In this document: positions 49,804 through 64,000 of the stretch, one piece after another
Position numbering within the stretch: the stretch's first letter is position 1
How the letters are laid out: the number at the start of each line of letters is the position of its first letter
NCBI GenBank assembly: GCA_030704615.1
Contig: CM060731.1
Coordinates: 90,582,001 to 90,646,000 of the forward strand
From: Takakia lepidozioides
Lineage: Eukaryota > Plantae > Bryophyta
DNA length: 64,000 nt
Direction of reading: 5' to 3'
Notes under the pieces: generated by a model
The model's database searches: none
Told to the model about the DNA's origin: nothing
The model's input: the letters and a program-made list of their open reading frames with translations, nothing else
Made by a program: the position numbers and the translations under genes

Positions 49804-52800
49804 TTAAGGTTGTCTTTGAACCTCGTCACGCAAAGCAGCCACGTGCTCCTGCACGATCTGGTAATCTGCTGGGCAAACAATCCATTTGAAGCTGCGCAAG
49901 GCAAAGTCCAGTACTAGAGCTGCCACAACCACAAGCAACTGCAAAAGCCAGTAAGTTGCCGATGGAGTCAACACTTCTAAGGCTTCACGATATGCTGTGG
50001 TCGCCCAATAGGGTGGCAGAGCTCCGTAGACAATGATGAAAAGGTACCAGACAGAAATGCTCCCCCAAATTGCCACATGGTGAATCCAGGTGAAGTAGTT
50101 AGTTGAGGAAAATAACTGCAAGTTGGGCACCAACACCAACACGGTGAACATGACTGCCCCAAAGTCTTGCATTGCAGGGACTTGTCCACCAGGCCGGAAG
50201 GCATTTATCCCTGAGTAGAGTGCAAGTGGAAAGAAGAATATAATCAATGAAGCATACACAGAATTGGTCAGCCACCACATAATGGTTTTCTTGTTGAATA
50301 GCTCTCCCCTCTGCCCAGACTGATACAACTGAGGGAACCGTAAAGCCTCAGCAGGGGACACATCCTGATCAATAACGCCCACCACACAGACCGGGATTGC
50401 TGTGAAAATCGTGTTGTAAAAGGAGGCATACCAATCTTTATAAACTGGTTGGCCAGAGAAGAAAGTAAATACGTTCGAGTAGAATGATATCCAGCCCATT
50501 ATGCATACTTTGTAGAAGAAATATAGAATCTGCACAATTGTTGCATGATTATGGTAAGTTGGACCACATCAGTGACATGGATGCTCAAATGAACTTACAA
50601 AGTTGTGTAACTTTCAGTACTCTTGCATAAGAGCATATAGCTGATGTGTTGCTCGCTTATGTAGCAACTTAGACTTTAGAAAGATAAAAAATGAGAATTG
50701 GCTCCCAATTCGTGGTTCCACACGAATCCAGGTGTAGTGAATGGTCTGGACATAGTTTCCAACACCCCCATGTGCAGACTGCTCTCTGCCTTCTCATATC
50801 AGTGAGCATTCAACAATGTCTGCTGCTGTCTAAGGTTCTCTCCCTAGGCAAAGGAACATGCACAGCCTTGGCCAAGAAATACTAAATTCCTCTAAGGAAA
50901 TCAGTCAACCTACATGAGTTTCACAGCATTGAAAACCTACCAATTGCTTACTATGGAGCTAGTCATGACAACTTTTGGACAGTCAAGCAATGTACCATTA
51001 AAGAAATACGACGGTAACACCATCGTCCATGAATGAGGAGTAAGCGCTCCAAGTATCGGAATTGACCTATGGCATAGTCTGCAGCCATTGCTGCCTGCAT
51101 AGGCCCAAAAACATAACAATGTGAATGCTCCACAAGTACTCCCAACCTATGCTTACCAAAACAGAATCACCCCTCTCCCTCTCTCTCCCTCTTGTGCAAA
51201 CAACGTCTCATGAATACATTCTCTCTTGTTGTGTGAACGAAGTTACACAGAAAAATTCCCTGAACTTGTTTCCAGTCTGTGACATGGGTGAGGGCCTTTA
51301 AGGATGATCTGAAGGGCCTACCTACTAGATTGAGATTTATACTCAGGGTGTGGTTGAACAAAACCAGATGCAGAGAGGAAACTGTCAATGCCTGATGTGC
51401 AGGCGGCCTGAAGAGAATATCCATTTTCCGATACAATGTCCAGCGTATTCTCATCAGAGAGCAACCCTCTTCAGGAACATCAAGAACATAGTCCCTGCAC
51501 CTCTGTTCACCAACTTTCAAAATCTCAAGGCTGAGCCTAAAGCCCTGGCCCTGTTGGGGTCTTAGTGCTGGGCAGCTCACATACATCAGGATCGACGCTT
51601 GAGTGAAGGTCTTTCTAGAGGAAATCTGGAAAGCCCGAACTAATTGATTGTATCATTGTAAGTCCCACTACTGGAGTGAGCCCCTCACAAGGTAGTGTCT
51701 GTTCCCTCTTGTTCTGCCCAAACTGGGCGCGTGGGTCTATGGGCACAAGGCTGCGGCAAAAGTAGATTTCTCTAGTTGATGTGTCTGTTGCCATGAGATT
51801 GTCTGATGAAAATGAAGTTAGGCAGAAAACTTCCCTGAACTTGTTTCCAGTCAGTGACATGGGGGAGGACATCAAGGGTCTACCCACTCTCGGCACTAGA
51901 CTGAAATTTAAACTCAGGGCAGGAAGCCTACCTTTGAACAGCAAACAGAAGCAGAGAGGAAAGGGAGAGTGCAATTGCCCGTTGTGTGGGCAATCTGAAG
52001 ACAGTATTCATTTTCTGATACACTGTCCGGGGTTCTCTCACCAAAGAGACGCTCTCTTCAAATCTATCAAGGGAATTGTGCCTGTACCCCTGTTTACCAA
52101 CTTTGAAAGTCTCGAGGCTGAGCCAAAAGCCCAGGCCCTCCTGAGGCCTAGTTTTTGGGCAAATCACACAAAGCAGATTGATGCTTGTGTGAAGGGATTT
52201 CTAGAGGATATCTGGAAAACCCGGATTAATTCTATATATGAAGGTAAGTCTTACTACCAACGTCAGCCCCTGACAGAGGTAGGTTCTGTCCCTTTTGTTC
52301 CCGCTCAAACTGGGCGCGGGGTCAATGGCCACAAGGCTACGGCAAACAACGTCTTATGAGTACAATCTCTAGTTGATGTGTTCTCTAGTAACTCTACTAC
52401 TGGAGTGAACGACAAACATAGTGAGCTCCATTCTCCTCTCCCATCTAATCCACCGTCTCCTGCTCTGTCCTTACAGGAGATCCAATGCAGGCAACAGCAC
52501 TGCATCACTAATATTCCTGGATCATGTGCTACTTGATCATGTCCACAAGGCTACAGCAAGCTGAGTCTGATGAGAACATTCTCTCACTCTCTCTTTGGCA
52601 TGGTATGAGGACCATAGCAAGTTTGGCTGTTCCATACCCTGGTGGGTAGAAGGAACCAGGAGAGTTGATTTTCCGCAACTACATTCAAGGGTGCAACAAA
52701 TTGCAAGCTGAAAGCCCCCAGCTAGTTGTCGACACACACAATTAAGAAGAGACAAGAAAAACTGCACTTCACATGTATTTTAACATGTAGTGGACAAAAT

Positions 52801-55800
52801 ATGCCCTCAAACTATTAGCAGATAAGCCAAGTGGTTACCAAATCAATACCTGAGCCCCCTCAACACCAGTGATGCCCACACCAACATTAGCAGCTTGGAT
52901 CATGCCAACATCATTGGCGCCATCCCCAATGGCCAGACACAGCCGGTTGTGGCCAAGTCCTTTCCTAACCAACTTCACGACCTGGGCCTTCTGCCTGGGA
53001 GACACCCTGCAGCAAAGAACTGATGTGCAATTGATGCACACTCGCAGAAACCTTTCTTGAAGCTCCTCTTCAGCCAGGATGAATGCAAGAGATTGACCAT
53101 CAATGACCAACGCGTACTCAACAGAGGTATACATGTCTGTTGCTTTTGTTGCAGGAGTTTCTCCCCCTGATGCCCTCCCTCCTTGGCCCAAGCCCTCCCC
53201 ATTTGCCAGTCTCTGTGCCAGGGCTTCACTGGTTCCTAACGGAATACTTTGGTGGCCATTTTGACGGGGGCTTGTCTGTGTGCCAGAGCTTGAGTTGCGG
53301 GAGTGTGCACTGCTTTTACTCTGATTGCGCGAAAGTGTGCTATTCCTACTTAAACTGCGGGACAATGCACTCTGTAGACTTTCACTGATACTTGTCCTCC
53401 TCTCACTAGTGCTGGTCTCTCGAGGCTTTTTGTGCCGTGTCAAGACCAATTGCAGGGCCTCAGAGAGTTTTTGTGCCACTAGAGACTTCAACTCCTGCAA
53501 TTGAGAAAAAACTCTTCTTGCTGAGTACCACAGGACACACTGACACCCAACAAGTGCTCCTACTTGTACAGGCCCTAACTTCAAGTCCTAGCTATTTGCA
53601 CTCAATGTAGGAGACAGAGAGAAATAGTATCTTTGAACATCAAACCTTCGCAGTGTTGTCACGAGAAAGACTCTCCCTCTCTGCTCTCTCTTGAACAGCA
53701 CGAGCCTCAGGACCCTCCAAACTGACTATGAGCTTATCCATGCCATGCCTTAGCAGACTGCATGCCAAGCCAACCAAAAAGCAGAGCAAAGCATGTAAAT
53801 TTGGAAGCAATACTTTTCTAGAGATTCCCTAGATCCAAACACATAAGATTCACCCGTGGTAGTGGTCAATCACTTCTTAATCTATGTAAAGAAGCATAGA
53901 AGACCGTTCGTCTCAAAGAGGCAGCCAAAATGTCTTAGATGGATGACCAGACCTTGCAGTACTTCCATATATCCACGGGAAGGGAGAGGGGACAGAGGCA
54001 CACATACACCCACATGCACACAAACATATTAAATCAGACTACTGACAGAGTGCACCTGCAGGCATAACCAATGTTAATAGCTGTTTCCACTTTGTCCCCA
54101 GTCAAGACCCAAATCTTGATGCCTGCACGTGCCAGGCGATCAACAGCCTCTGGAACACCGACCTGCAGCTTGTCCTCTACTCCAGTGCCACCTACAACAG
54201 TAAAACCCCTCTCAATCTCCTCTGCCACTTCCTCAATGTGTGTCTCTCTCTCACGCCCTAGTGATGCTCGCGCTTCAGCAAATTTTGCTTGCCATTCTTG
54301 ATATTCCTCTTCTTGCAGCTCTCTGTATGCAACCATCAGTGTCCGGAGCCCAACCTCCCCAAATTGCTGCAAATGCTTCATGGTCTGAGATACAAAACCA
54401 CTGTTGTTTGCATTCAATCGCTGAAGCATGACAGAGTCTGCTCCCTTTGAAAGAAGTAGCAATCGGCCATCTGGAAAGCGCACAATGACAGACATCCGTT
54501 TCCTCACACTGCTAAACTCCAAGACATTCAGGAGCTGGTATACTTGGTCCACGGGTTTCACTTTAGAACCAACAGATTCTCGCACATGAAGAGTGATCGG
54601 TGATCGCTTGTAGAAGAAAAATCCAAACTTCTTGGCAGCCACGACCAGGGCAGCCTCATCAGGTGACTCGGCCCTGTACCGCAGGGAAGCGGGGTCCTCA
54701 GGACTTCCCTCGGGAATGGCTGTGTGACAAAGAGCAAGAATCTGAAAGAAGAAACGGATGGTCTCAGCATTTTCTTCTTCTGTCCAATTACCTCCTAAAA
54801 GGCGGGTATCAAAAAAATTGAACCCTTTCTCTTTGTACGGGTTATGCATTGGACTGCCAGCACCTTTGCAATCTGCCCCTGCTGGCAAGACTCTGTCCAC
54901 CCTACTGCTGTTTTGGTTACTTTGAATTTCTTCCCTACGGTCATGAGGGGAGGAGACTCCACCAAGAGCAAGGCCAAGACGCTCTGCTGCTCTCTCTACC
55001 TCTGTTGTCCCTTTGCCGTAAGAGATCCCCCCAATCGAACACCGGAAAAAATCCATCTGATTGCATGTAAGTGTGCCAGTTTTGTCTGAAAAAATGGTGT
55101 CCACCTGCCCCAATTCTTCATTCAAGCCAGCTGACTTCACCTTAGCTGGCTTATCAGTTCCTGGGTCATACATGTTAATATCCTGCATAATCAAAATCGC
55201 CTGGAGCACCCGTACTATCTCCAATGACACATAGAGCGCAATAGGAATCAAGTAGCCATAGAGAACCAAGCTGGTAACAAAACCCACTATGCCTGCAACA
55301 GCTGCCCGATTGGGATTGAAGTAGGGGTCACTGATGTTGGGCTGTAAGTACCACAGGTCAAGCCCTGCAGCCTTTGTTCGGATTCCCAATACCAAACCTG
55401 TTGCCAGACTGAGGGTAAGCAAAACCACAAACATGGCCCATATGATCTTGTCCAGAGTGTGGTCGACACGGCTTCGTTTCGAAGGAGGAGGGGTTGCATT
55501 TTGCATCACTTTTGTATCATGACCTGTATACACAACCACGCCCAATATACTTCCTGTATTTTGAAGGCTTGAATCACGAAGGAGGAGTTGCAAGGGACCA
55601 ATTGGAAATGCTTGCCCATCCGAAAACTCTAACAGGCCAGCAAAGGTGTACAGGGAAGCGTTAGGATCCTCGCACTTGACAGTAGCTTCAAACTCTTTGA
55701 GGACACCTTCCTCTTTGCTGCCAACACCCCATGTGCTCTCCAAAGCTTGTTTGACCTGTTTATCAGACACCAACTTCAAAACCCAACACTATCTCCACAT

Positions 55801-57677
55801 ATATCTCTATCTGTGTCACTCAGTGACATACCTCCACAATCCATGTCAATCTGTATAGACATCTCTACCTCCATAGACTTCAACATCTCTACTTGTTTGT
55901 CTACTAACATACAGAGAGAGAAGCTTGAAAATTTGTGAACTTGCTTGATAATACTTTCAACTCATGTCTACAAGTCACCTGCACCTTCTCCCTCTCCCAA
56001 TTTCATAAGGTATGCTTGTTGGGACTTCAGTAACTGGGTAAAGTACAAAAAACTACTGTTCTCCAAATTCCCCCACCCTGCAATCCCCCCCCCCCCTCCT
56101 TCTCATCCCCAGACCTGTTTCTACACAGAAGCTCGACACAGGCTTATTCTATGCATTGAAGCTTGGACAAGATTTGAATGTCACCTTCAAGTTGGTCTCG
56201 CCATCCAAGTTCATCGTCTCTACATAGCAGATACTGTCAGGTCCACTGGATGACAGTACCACCAAATCGGCAGGAAAAAATTCGCCATCGATCACTTTTA
56301 CCACATCCCCTACACGTAACTGCTTCCACAGCTTCTCTTCAAAGAGTCCATGTCCATTATGTACATGTGTTCCCCTAGAATTAACCTCATTGTCACCACG
56401 GGAACGCCGTAGATCTTCCCAAAGTTCTCGTAATATGCCCAAAATAAGCACAAATGCCAGGGGTAACCAAACACTGATTGGCGTGTATGGGCTGAAGGGA
56501 ACTAGTGAGAGAGCCGCCATGGCTGTGAAGTACCAGTATGCTGCACGCCGGTATTGCTCAAACAGAGACCGTGGTAAGAAAGAATACCATGTGTATTTTG
56601 TAGTCGAAATGCAATTGCTTGCATACCTGCATTGATTCATAATCATTTCAGAACAGCTTAACGACTTCCCTCAAAGTTGGGGAAAAGAAGTGAACAGAGT
56701 GACATTTCTGCACTCAAACACCTACTTGCTGACCAGGAAGATGAATGAGCTGGACTTCTCACAGATCAATCCATACCAAGCCGAAATTGGGTTCAACCTC
56801 TCCTCCCCATCCACCACCAAATTAACATACCCACACTAAAGAAATGAGCATCCATGTCCAGAAGAGAAAAACCAGAAGACTGATCTCAGCACATGAGAAT
56901 CTCCTGCATTTTTCATGCCAGGCACATTACCAGTACTGACAGATTATGAAGTAAGGGATTCCCATACTGTGTCCCCTAGTGCCTACTAACTACAACCGAA
57001 AGGACTAAAAAGGTGAGATAGGATGGAGGATAAAAACATCTCCATTGCAACAGAGGTGGTTCTCTCTTTACTGAATCATATAGAAGAGCTGATGTATGGC
57101 ACTTTCCAATGCCACACAACAATTATCCACCTGAAAGCTTCTGGGTATCACAGTGAGCACCATCCAAAAGTGGCCCCTGCACAGAAGCCAGTAACAGGAA
57201 TTGCAGAGGCAAGTTATCCATGCTCTAAGTGAATTTACCCTGGCATTTCCATTGGTCTACCACAAAACCTCTGAAATCCAAAAGAAAATTTCGGACCACT
57301 GACCCCCCACTGCCGATCTGTGGTGATAGAGAGAGGCGCCTCAAAGCTTCAAAGGGCCGCATAGGGAGTGACTAGCTAATTCCCAGCATTTGCATCCACA
57401 AGTGCTAAGATCCACGAGTTTTCACTCTCACCACGATCGTCATGGCTCGATGGGCAAGATCATTATACATAAGCCTTGAGCCGGAGAGAAAGACGAAGGC
57501 AGGAAGCCACGCATAGGCTTGAGCAAGAGAAACGCTGTGAGAGCCACACCTGAAGGAAGCATTAAGAGAACGTCGATTGCAGTAGATAGTGCGGGAATCG
57601 TCGTGTGTACCCATTACGTCGTCCGTTATCGAGGGAGTGCGCCACCTCCGTTTCCAACAATTGATCCAGCGTGCCAT
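49804..57677 (-). CDS. ALA: P4-ATPase phospholipid flippase (ALA family); exons 57550-57677, 56185-56626, 54056-55755, 53646-53757, 52850-53494, 50996-51094, 49804-50529
   Basis: [80 protein letters not shown]; all introns GT-AG with consistent phase. Confidence 0.95.
51220..52380 (+). mobile_element. Two tandem 5'-truncated LINE 3' ends in the ALA intron (antisense to host), plus a small third remnant at ~52535-52560
   Basis: Copies ~51220-51780 and ~51800-52380 encode RLKFKLRAG...CPLC...[11 protein letters not shown] and both end in tctagttgatgtg. Confidence 0.75.
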
Positions 57678-58184
57678 CTCCTTTATGGCACCGAAAAAAT
57701 AAAATTCGTAACAATCTGCTTGCTGATGCAGAGTAGTGCTTGCAGATGCCTTTCTTGTCTGGCAGACGCCCTCTCTGAATGTTTTTGCGTACAGCCCTCC
57801 CACAGCAAATGATATACTAGGCACGGTATTCCTTCCAACCTCCACTGAATGTTCGTATCTTTCTGCTGTCGTCTTTAATAATCACAAGGCAAAACGTCAT
57901 GCACGGAGATGGATTACTGATTGAACTCAATCTGAGTGTGAGGCTTCAGAAGAAGGTATCTGGGAATTCGAAGAAAGGAAGATAACTCAAAGACCGTCCA
58001 TGCTTGACTTCGATCTTCAGGAGGGTCGGAGAAAAAGACCCTTTGCAGGAGGTTCTAGGAAAAAAACTTAGATCAAACGGGTAGGGACTAGGGACGATCA
58101 TTACATTATTATTATTTATTATTACTGTAGAGAAAACCCCAAATAGAAACTTCCGTGGTAAGAAATAAGACAAAGGTAGGAAGT

Positions 58185-58965
58185 GTTGGGTGGGTATTAC
58201 TTTTTCTAATACCAGCCGGGTCCAGGTATTGAGAAGAAATTAATTTGCAATACCAGCCGGTTCCATAGTATTGAAATATTCCCTTAATTTTAATACCGGC
58301 CGGTTCTCAATAGTAATATAATTTTCGATTTGCGGACGGGTATCAATAGGATGGGTATTCCAATCTAATACCAGCCAGTTATCAACCCGGATATAAATAA
58401 TAAAAAATAAAAACCACTAAATCATTAATATGTATTGAATTTAGAAGATTTCAGTTGATTTCACAAAGAAATTAATTATTATGTTGCAAAATTCAGTCTT
58501 TGCATTAGATAATAACAACGCTGCAGATTTTAGCATCCAAATTGAAGCAAGCTTAATTAAAAGAAGACTGATTGCAACCCTCATCGTCAAATAAACCAGC
58601 ATCTGCAATGAGGTCCTCATATTCATCAAATTGTCTTCCGACAAAATGAAATCCTTGATCCCGCGCGAAACCACCTTGCAATCCGTCCGCACATGCCAAT
58701 TCTTTAAAATAAAGAATAGGGGCGGGCCCGCCCTACATGTGGTAAGAAATGAAGCATAGTGGCGGGCCCTTGGGGATGGACATGTACTCCTTGACATGTG
58801 CACCCTCTTACCCTCACCCCTGACATATTGTGCACCTAGCCAATTTCCTATTCATACCATGGTATAGTCCTTGTTTATGCCCACAATACGGGTATGCACC
58901 CGAGTATTGCCTTGGCAATACCAGCCGGTCCGGTTATCAACCATAGTGTTGGAATTGCCAATACT
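58185..58965. repeat. MITE-like element with repeated AATACCAGCCGG motifs upstream of ALA
   Basis: Motif at ~58208, 58249, 58292, 58367, 58917; AT-rich core. Confidence 0.5.
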
Positions 58966-59559
58966 AGAGAACTTTCTCGCATCTTTTGTATTATCACACT
59001 TTTCTTAGTAGAATTTGCCTCCACCTCTGCTCGGAATGTTCTACAGAAATGGGACTCTGTGAGGGGATCAACCATCCCACGCAGGAGGTCCGAGACTAAT
59101 GCGAATGAGCTCCGTTCAAACCTTCCGACTCGAAGGTGCATGTGATTTTATGGCAATTGCTGGTTGGCTGTTGGTACATCAGTCGTAGCCCAACTTGTTG
59201 TGGCGGAATGCTGAAAGCTTGTTCACACCATGCAACTACCTTGAAACAACAGCAAACTTAATTATTCTTTTTTTAACCTCTTAAATCATGAAAAGGTTAA
59301 ATGCTCAAGTCGTTTCTTGTAAATTAGCCTAAAAACTGAACCTCCAGCAGTAGAAAGAGTGATAACTTTCAGAAAATTAATGTCCATGGAAACTGACCAT
59401 ATAGAATGCGAGCTACCTTGGTGTGGTACCACTTCAAAAACTCTCAAAAAATCCATCATACAAATTGAGACATTAAGCCATGGGAAAGGAGCACCCTTTA
59501 ATAAACATCGATTTTGCTCAGCTCAACAGTAGGGTGGCTGACTCAGATTCAGGAGAGAG

Positions 59560-60200
59560 ATGTATTGATACATTTCCCAGGCAAGAAGGTGGATAGGGCT
59601 TTTGCAAGGGAATGGGCTATCAAACAATTGGGGGGATCCGGTGATCTAAAATAGCACTTTTGCCACACCAGAGGTAGGGAGTTTTTCTCAATCCAGCTTG
59701 AAACGAAAGAGGCAGCGGAGGAAGCCCTTTCCTTCAACCCACACCTCATGGGTGTCAACCTTAACATATTCCCTTGGTCTAGTGCCATGGGTAATAGGAA
59801 CGGAAAGGTATGGAGTCCTAGGATAATTGCAGTGCCTTACATTCCATATCAGTACCTATTAACCTCCCAATCATTGGGAATTTCTTGGGGGTTCACCTGG
59901 GCTGTTTAGCTGTATTTGATCCAGAGATGTGCACCAACTCCCTGAGGGAGGACCCTGTATGAGGGGGGCAACTATTGCATCCAGAGTTCGGGAGTCAGGG
60001 TTCGCAAAAATGGTAGTAATGATGCATGAGGATGCAATTCTTCATGAATGTATTAGGTTGCCAAATAGATGAGCAAGGTAACTTCTTCTCGGTCAAATTA
60101 TCTAAAGACACAACTTCTGCTACTTGCTACTTTTGTGGACAACAGGGTCACATTAAGTCAGGCTGTCCGAAGGCCAAGAGGAAAAGGGGGTCTCCTGAGC
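59560..60200 (+). mobile_element. L1 LINE ORF1 fragment
   Basis: RRM/DUF4283-like GREFFSIQLETKEAAEEAL and knuckle CYFCGQQGHIKSGC. Confidence 0.55.
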
Positions 60201-60511
60201 ATGCGACGGCCCTCCAAACCCCCCTCAGTGGCAACATAGAGTCTGCTTCTGACTGTCATCTCAGCATACCATTGATCTCCATTATCACCTGGGGGGTGCA
60301 CTCTTCCTAAAATTAACATATAACAAGTGTTCATAGTCCAATTAAAAATATCCCTATATATAGATTTTTTCATGATTTTATCATATATATATCAATATAT
60401 GAAGGAAGCCAGTTTGTTTGTTTTGTTTTGTTGGCTCCTCCCTATAAGGGACAGACCACGCATTGGTGCCAAAAATGAGTAAGATCCTGATGTATCTCCA
60501 CTAGATAATAC

Positions 60512-61260
60512 CTACATGAAGCACATAATCCTCCCCCACTTAAACGCTAACTTGAGTGTACCTTGATTGGATCCTGCATTAGGTTTGGTGAGGGATCCAT
60601 CAGTGTAGTGTGAATTTGCCGGGGGATACTTAAGGGTGGTTTTTTGCTGATATATTGAGGGATTGGGAGAAGGGATATTGTTGGTATTACCTAGGGGGGG
60701 GCACGGCTGTGCCATGCCCCAGGCTTTGTTTGTTTTGATCCGGGGAAATGTGGTGGTTGTGTGGGTGTGGAGGGATGTAGCTGGGTAATGGATGGTGGCC
60801 TTCATTTTATGAGTTATGGTTAGCAACTATTATAGCTGGTAAAAAGTGTCGGTATGTCTGCATGAAGGGACATACTTGAGCTGATTTGGGTCAATTGTGG
60901 CAAGTAGATTAACCCCTTCCGGGAGTCGTAGAAGAGGATGAGAGGTGCTAGGTGTGTTTTGCTGTGTGAGGATGAAGATTGTGGAAGCAAAAGGAGAGGA
61001 GTGTGATACAAATCTTGCCCATTTGAAGGTTTTATAAGCGAGGGGGCCATAGGGGGGGTGGGCAAAGCCCCTACCCTCCCAGGTATGTTGGGTAGCATTG
61101 CCAATGGCTCCAAAGAGACAGTCCCTGTGATGCAGGCTGGAAAATGTGTGCAAGTCCATATCACATGTCAGTGGATTGGAGTAATATGAGTGAGTAAGCT
61201 GGAATGTATTGATAAGTAAGACGAGAATATCTTGAGATATGGCATGATGTGCGCATGCCA
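60512..61260 (-). mobile_element. LINE ORF2 C-terminal fragment with start of RNase H
   Basis: HYTDGS motif; degenerate frames. Confidence 0.45.
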
Positions 61261-61264
61261 TTTC

Positions 61265-64000
61265 CAACACCTGGCTCTTGGAGCTAGAGCAGTACTTCCA
61301 GGCGGCCAAGTTGAGTGACGAGGATCGGGTGGAAGTGGCTCCCACCTATTTGAGGGGCTATGCTCAACAATGGTGGTAGAAACGCCTTCACGACCGAGGT
61401 CCAAGCCCGGCTTGAACTGGAATGGGTTCAAGGAATTGATGAAGAGGCAGTTTGTGCCCCTCAACGCGTCCTGGCTCGCCCGGGACAAGATGAGGAATTT
61501 GAAGCAAACAGATGACATTCGGGGATATGTCCAGGCTTTCAATGTGCTGTTGCTCGAAGTCGCGGACATGGCAGAACCAGAAATAGTCTTCAACTTTGTG
61601 GTGGGACTGGCCCCATGGGCCAGGCGGAAGTTGGAGGAGAAGCCACCTAAGACTTTGAACGAGGCAATTGAGAGGGCTGAATGTTTCTCGGATGTCCCTA
61701 AGGGTGAAAGACAAGGCCGTACGGAGCTGAACCACAAGAAGACCCGGCGGGAAGGTGACTCCTTCCGACCGGAAAAGAAGTGGGATAGGCCACGTGGCAA
61801 CAATAGCATGTGGAAATCGAAGGGAGGGCCTTTACAAGTCAAGGCGGCACCCGGTGCTTCGAAAGGACAAGCGGGTGGAGCGGCCTATGGCGGACAGAAG
61901 ACGACCTTTGATGGAGTGTGTTTCAATTGCGGGGAGCCCGGGCACATGGCCAAGAAGTGCACGAAGCCCCGGCAATTGAACATGACTCGGGCGACCACAG
62001 AGCTGTCGGAAGATACCATCAGTCGCTTGGTGGAAGCGGTGGTTGCCAAGACTTGCAAGGTAGGCAAATTTTCTTGTGAGTTGTATCAGGAAACTGGCGC
62101 CTTGCGTAAAGGGAGTCAGTTATTGTTCGTGGATGGGATAATATCCGAAACTAACGTGTCGTTGTTGGTGGACACAAGAGCGTCGCACTCCTTCATGACA
62201 CCGGCAACGGCACAAAAGCTGGGACTCCCGACAAGTGACGTGGGGGCCTCTATTGAGGTGCGTTCTGCCAAAGGAGAACCGCAATTGGCGACAAGGTTGG
62301 CGTTTGATGTTCCTCTTCAACTGGGGAGTTGGGAGGGACGTGAAAACTTCACCATCTGCGAGATCGATGGAGTGGATCTCATTTTGGGGATGACATTTTT
62401 GAGCAAATCCGGAGCGGTCATAGATGGCCGCAAGAGAGTAGTCACGCTGCCATATGGGAATGGTGGCGAGGTCTTACGAGTGTCGGAAACGCCCAAACCC
62501 GTGGGAGGGCGAATAAACCTCCTATCAGCAAGGGAGTGGGCCATGGAGGAGGCACACGAGCCCCAGTTTTTGCTCTACATTAGAGAAGTGAAGGGAGAAG
62601 GCGATGGGGAGCCGAGCCCAGATTGGATCAAGGGGATTTTGGAGAAATACCAGGATGTGCTGCGGAGGATTTACCAAGCGGCTTGCCACCGCGAAGAGGA
62701 GTTGACCACAAGATTGAGGTGATACCGGGATCGGAACCGCCTGCCAAGGCACCCTACCGGTTGAGCCACAGAGAGTTGGTCGAGCTGAAGACTCAGCTCA
62801 AAGATCTAATGTCAAAGGGGTACATCCGGCCGAGTAAGTCACCTTACGGAGCCCCGGTGCTATTCGCAGACAAGAAGGATGGGACGCTGCGGATGTGTGT
62901 CGATTACAGGGCTTTGAATAAGGTGACTACCAAAAACCGATACCCTTTGCCAAGGATCGACGACCTTTTTGATCGATTGGCAGGAGCGAAGTATTTCAGC
63001 CGGATCGATCTGCGCTCCGGCTATCATCAAATTCGAGTGGCGGAAGGAGATGAGGAGAAGACCGCGTGCAGGACAAGGTATGGTTCATATGAGTTCTTGG
63101 TGATGCCTTTTGGACTCACCAACGCTCCCACGACCTTTAGCACGCTGATGAACAGCCTTTTCCAGGAGTGGTTGGATGACTTTGTGATTGTGTACATCGA
63201 CGACATCTTGGTGTATTCGAAAACAAAGGAGGAGCACCTGGAGCACCTCAAAAGGGTGTTCCAGAAATTGCGGGAAGGGAAGCTGTATGCCAAAGCTTCA
63301 AAGTGCGAATTCGGAGTCACAAAAGTGGAGTTCCTGGGGCATGTGATTACACAGGATGGGATCACAATGGATGACAGGAAGGTGAGGGCAATCTTGGACT
63401 GGGAGCCTCTGACTTCGGTCCCGGGAGTGCGATCCTTCTTAGGACTTGCCTCCTATTACCGGAAGTATGTGAGAAATTTTGCCAAGATCGCGGGGCCGCT
63501 GTTAGACCTTCTGTGTAAGTCCAAAGTCTGGGCATGGAACACCTTTTGTGGCCAAGCTTTTGCTGAATTGAAGCAGCGGATGGCGGAAGCTCCAGTCTTG
63601 AAAAATCTCGGAGTTCGATCGTCCGTTCGAGATTCATACAGATGCGTCGGACTTCGCGATTGGGGGTGTACTGATGCAAGATGGACGTCCAGTGGCTTAT
63701 GAAAGTAAGAAACTGAATGAAGTGGAGCGACAGTGGCTGACGCACGAAAAAGATATGAAGGCGGTGGTGCACTGTCTTGAGCTTTGGCGCCACTATGTTG
63801 GTTCCAACCCAGTGAAGGTGTTCACGGACAATGTCACGGTGAAGTATTTTGCCACGCAGCCCAAGTTGTCCCCAAAACAACTTAGGTGGCAAGATACTTT
63901 GGCGGTGTTCGACGTGGATATCCAATACAAACCGGGACGGGACAACGTGGTGGCCGATGCTTTAAGTAGAAAGCAGCAGCTCATGTTGGTGTACAGGGGC
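61265..64000 (+). mobile_element. 5'-truncated Ty3/Gypsy (chromovirus-like) gag-pol, runs off the window
   Basis: Gag LEQYF...AQQWW, knuckle CFNCGEPGHMAKKC, protease [21 protein letters not shown] and YIDDILVYS, RNase [10 protein letters not shown]; frameshifts ~62660 and ~63605. Confidence 0.93.

Overview
Eukaryotic, repeat-rich land-plant DNA. A non-seed plant is my guess from the PLS-DYW PPR gene and the retroelement types. A 500-N gap sits at 27629-28128. The left contig holds a large Ty3/Gypsy element (gag-pol, two extra sense ORFs, PPT, 3' LTR 18024-19042). It abuts the 3' part of a chromodomain-bearing Gypsy, followed by an L1 LINE fragment and a second, inverted copy of the large Gypsy 3' half. 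The standout feature is an 8.5-kb DNA transposon (4235-12733, 8-bp TSD CAACATAT, imperfect TIRs) inserted in the Gypsy integrase. On the minus strand it encodes a Mutator-like DDE transposase with a SWIM finger. Divergently on the plus strand it carries an intron-containing gene model with a ParB/Srx-like 'WDGNHR' motif and a permuted beta-class amino-DNA-methyltransferase (6mA/4mC-type) fold. A palindrome-containing 94-bp minisatellite lies in one intron of that gene and shares motifs with the left subterminal repeats. The right contig holds scrambled CACTA remnants, LTR-like segments, a disrupted PPR-DYW pseudogene, an apparently intact 7-exon P4-ATPase (ALA flippase) gene, LINE fragments and a 5'-truncated Gypsy gag-pol. 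Many frameshifts in the left contig are 1-bp indels, often in homopolymers, and may be sequencing errors. All family calls come from motif recognition by eye; no database searches were run.
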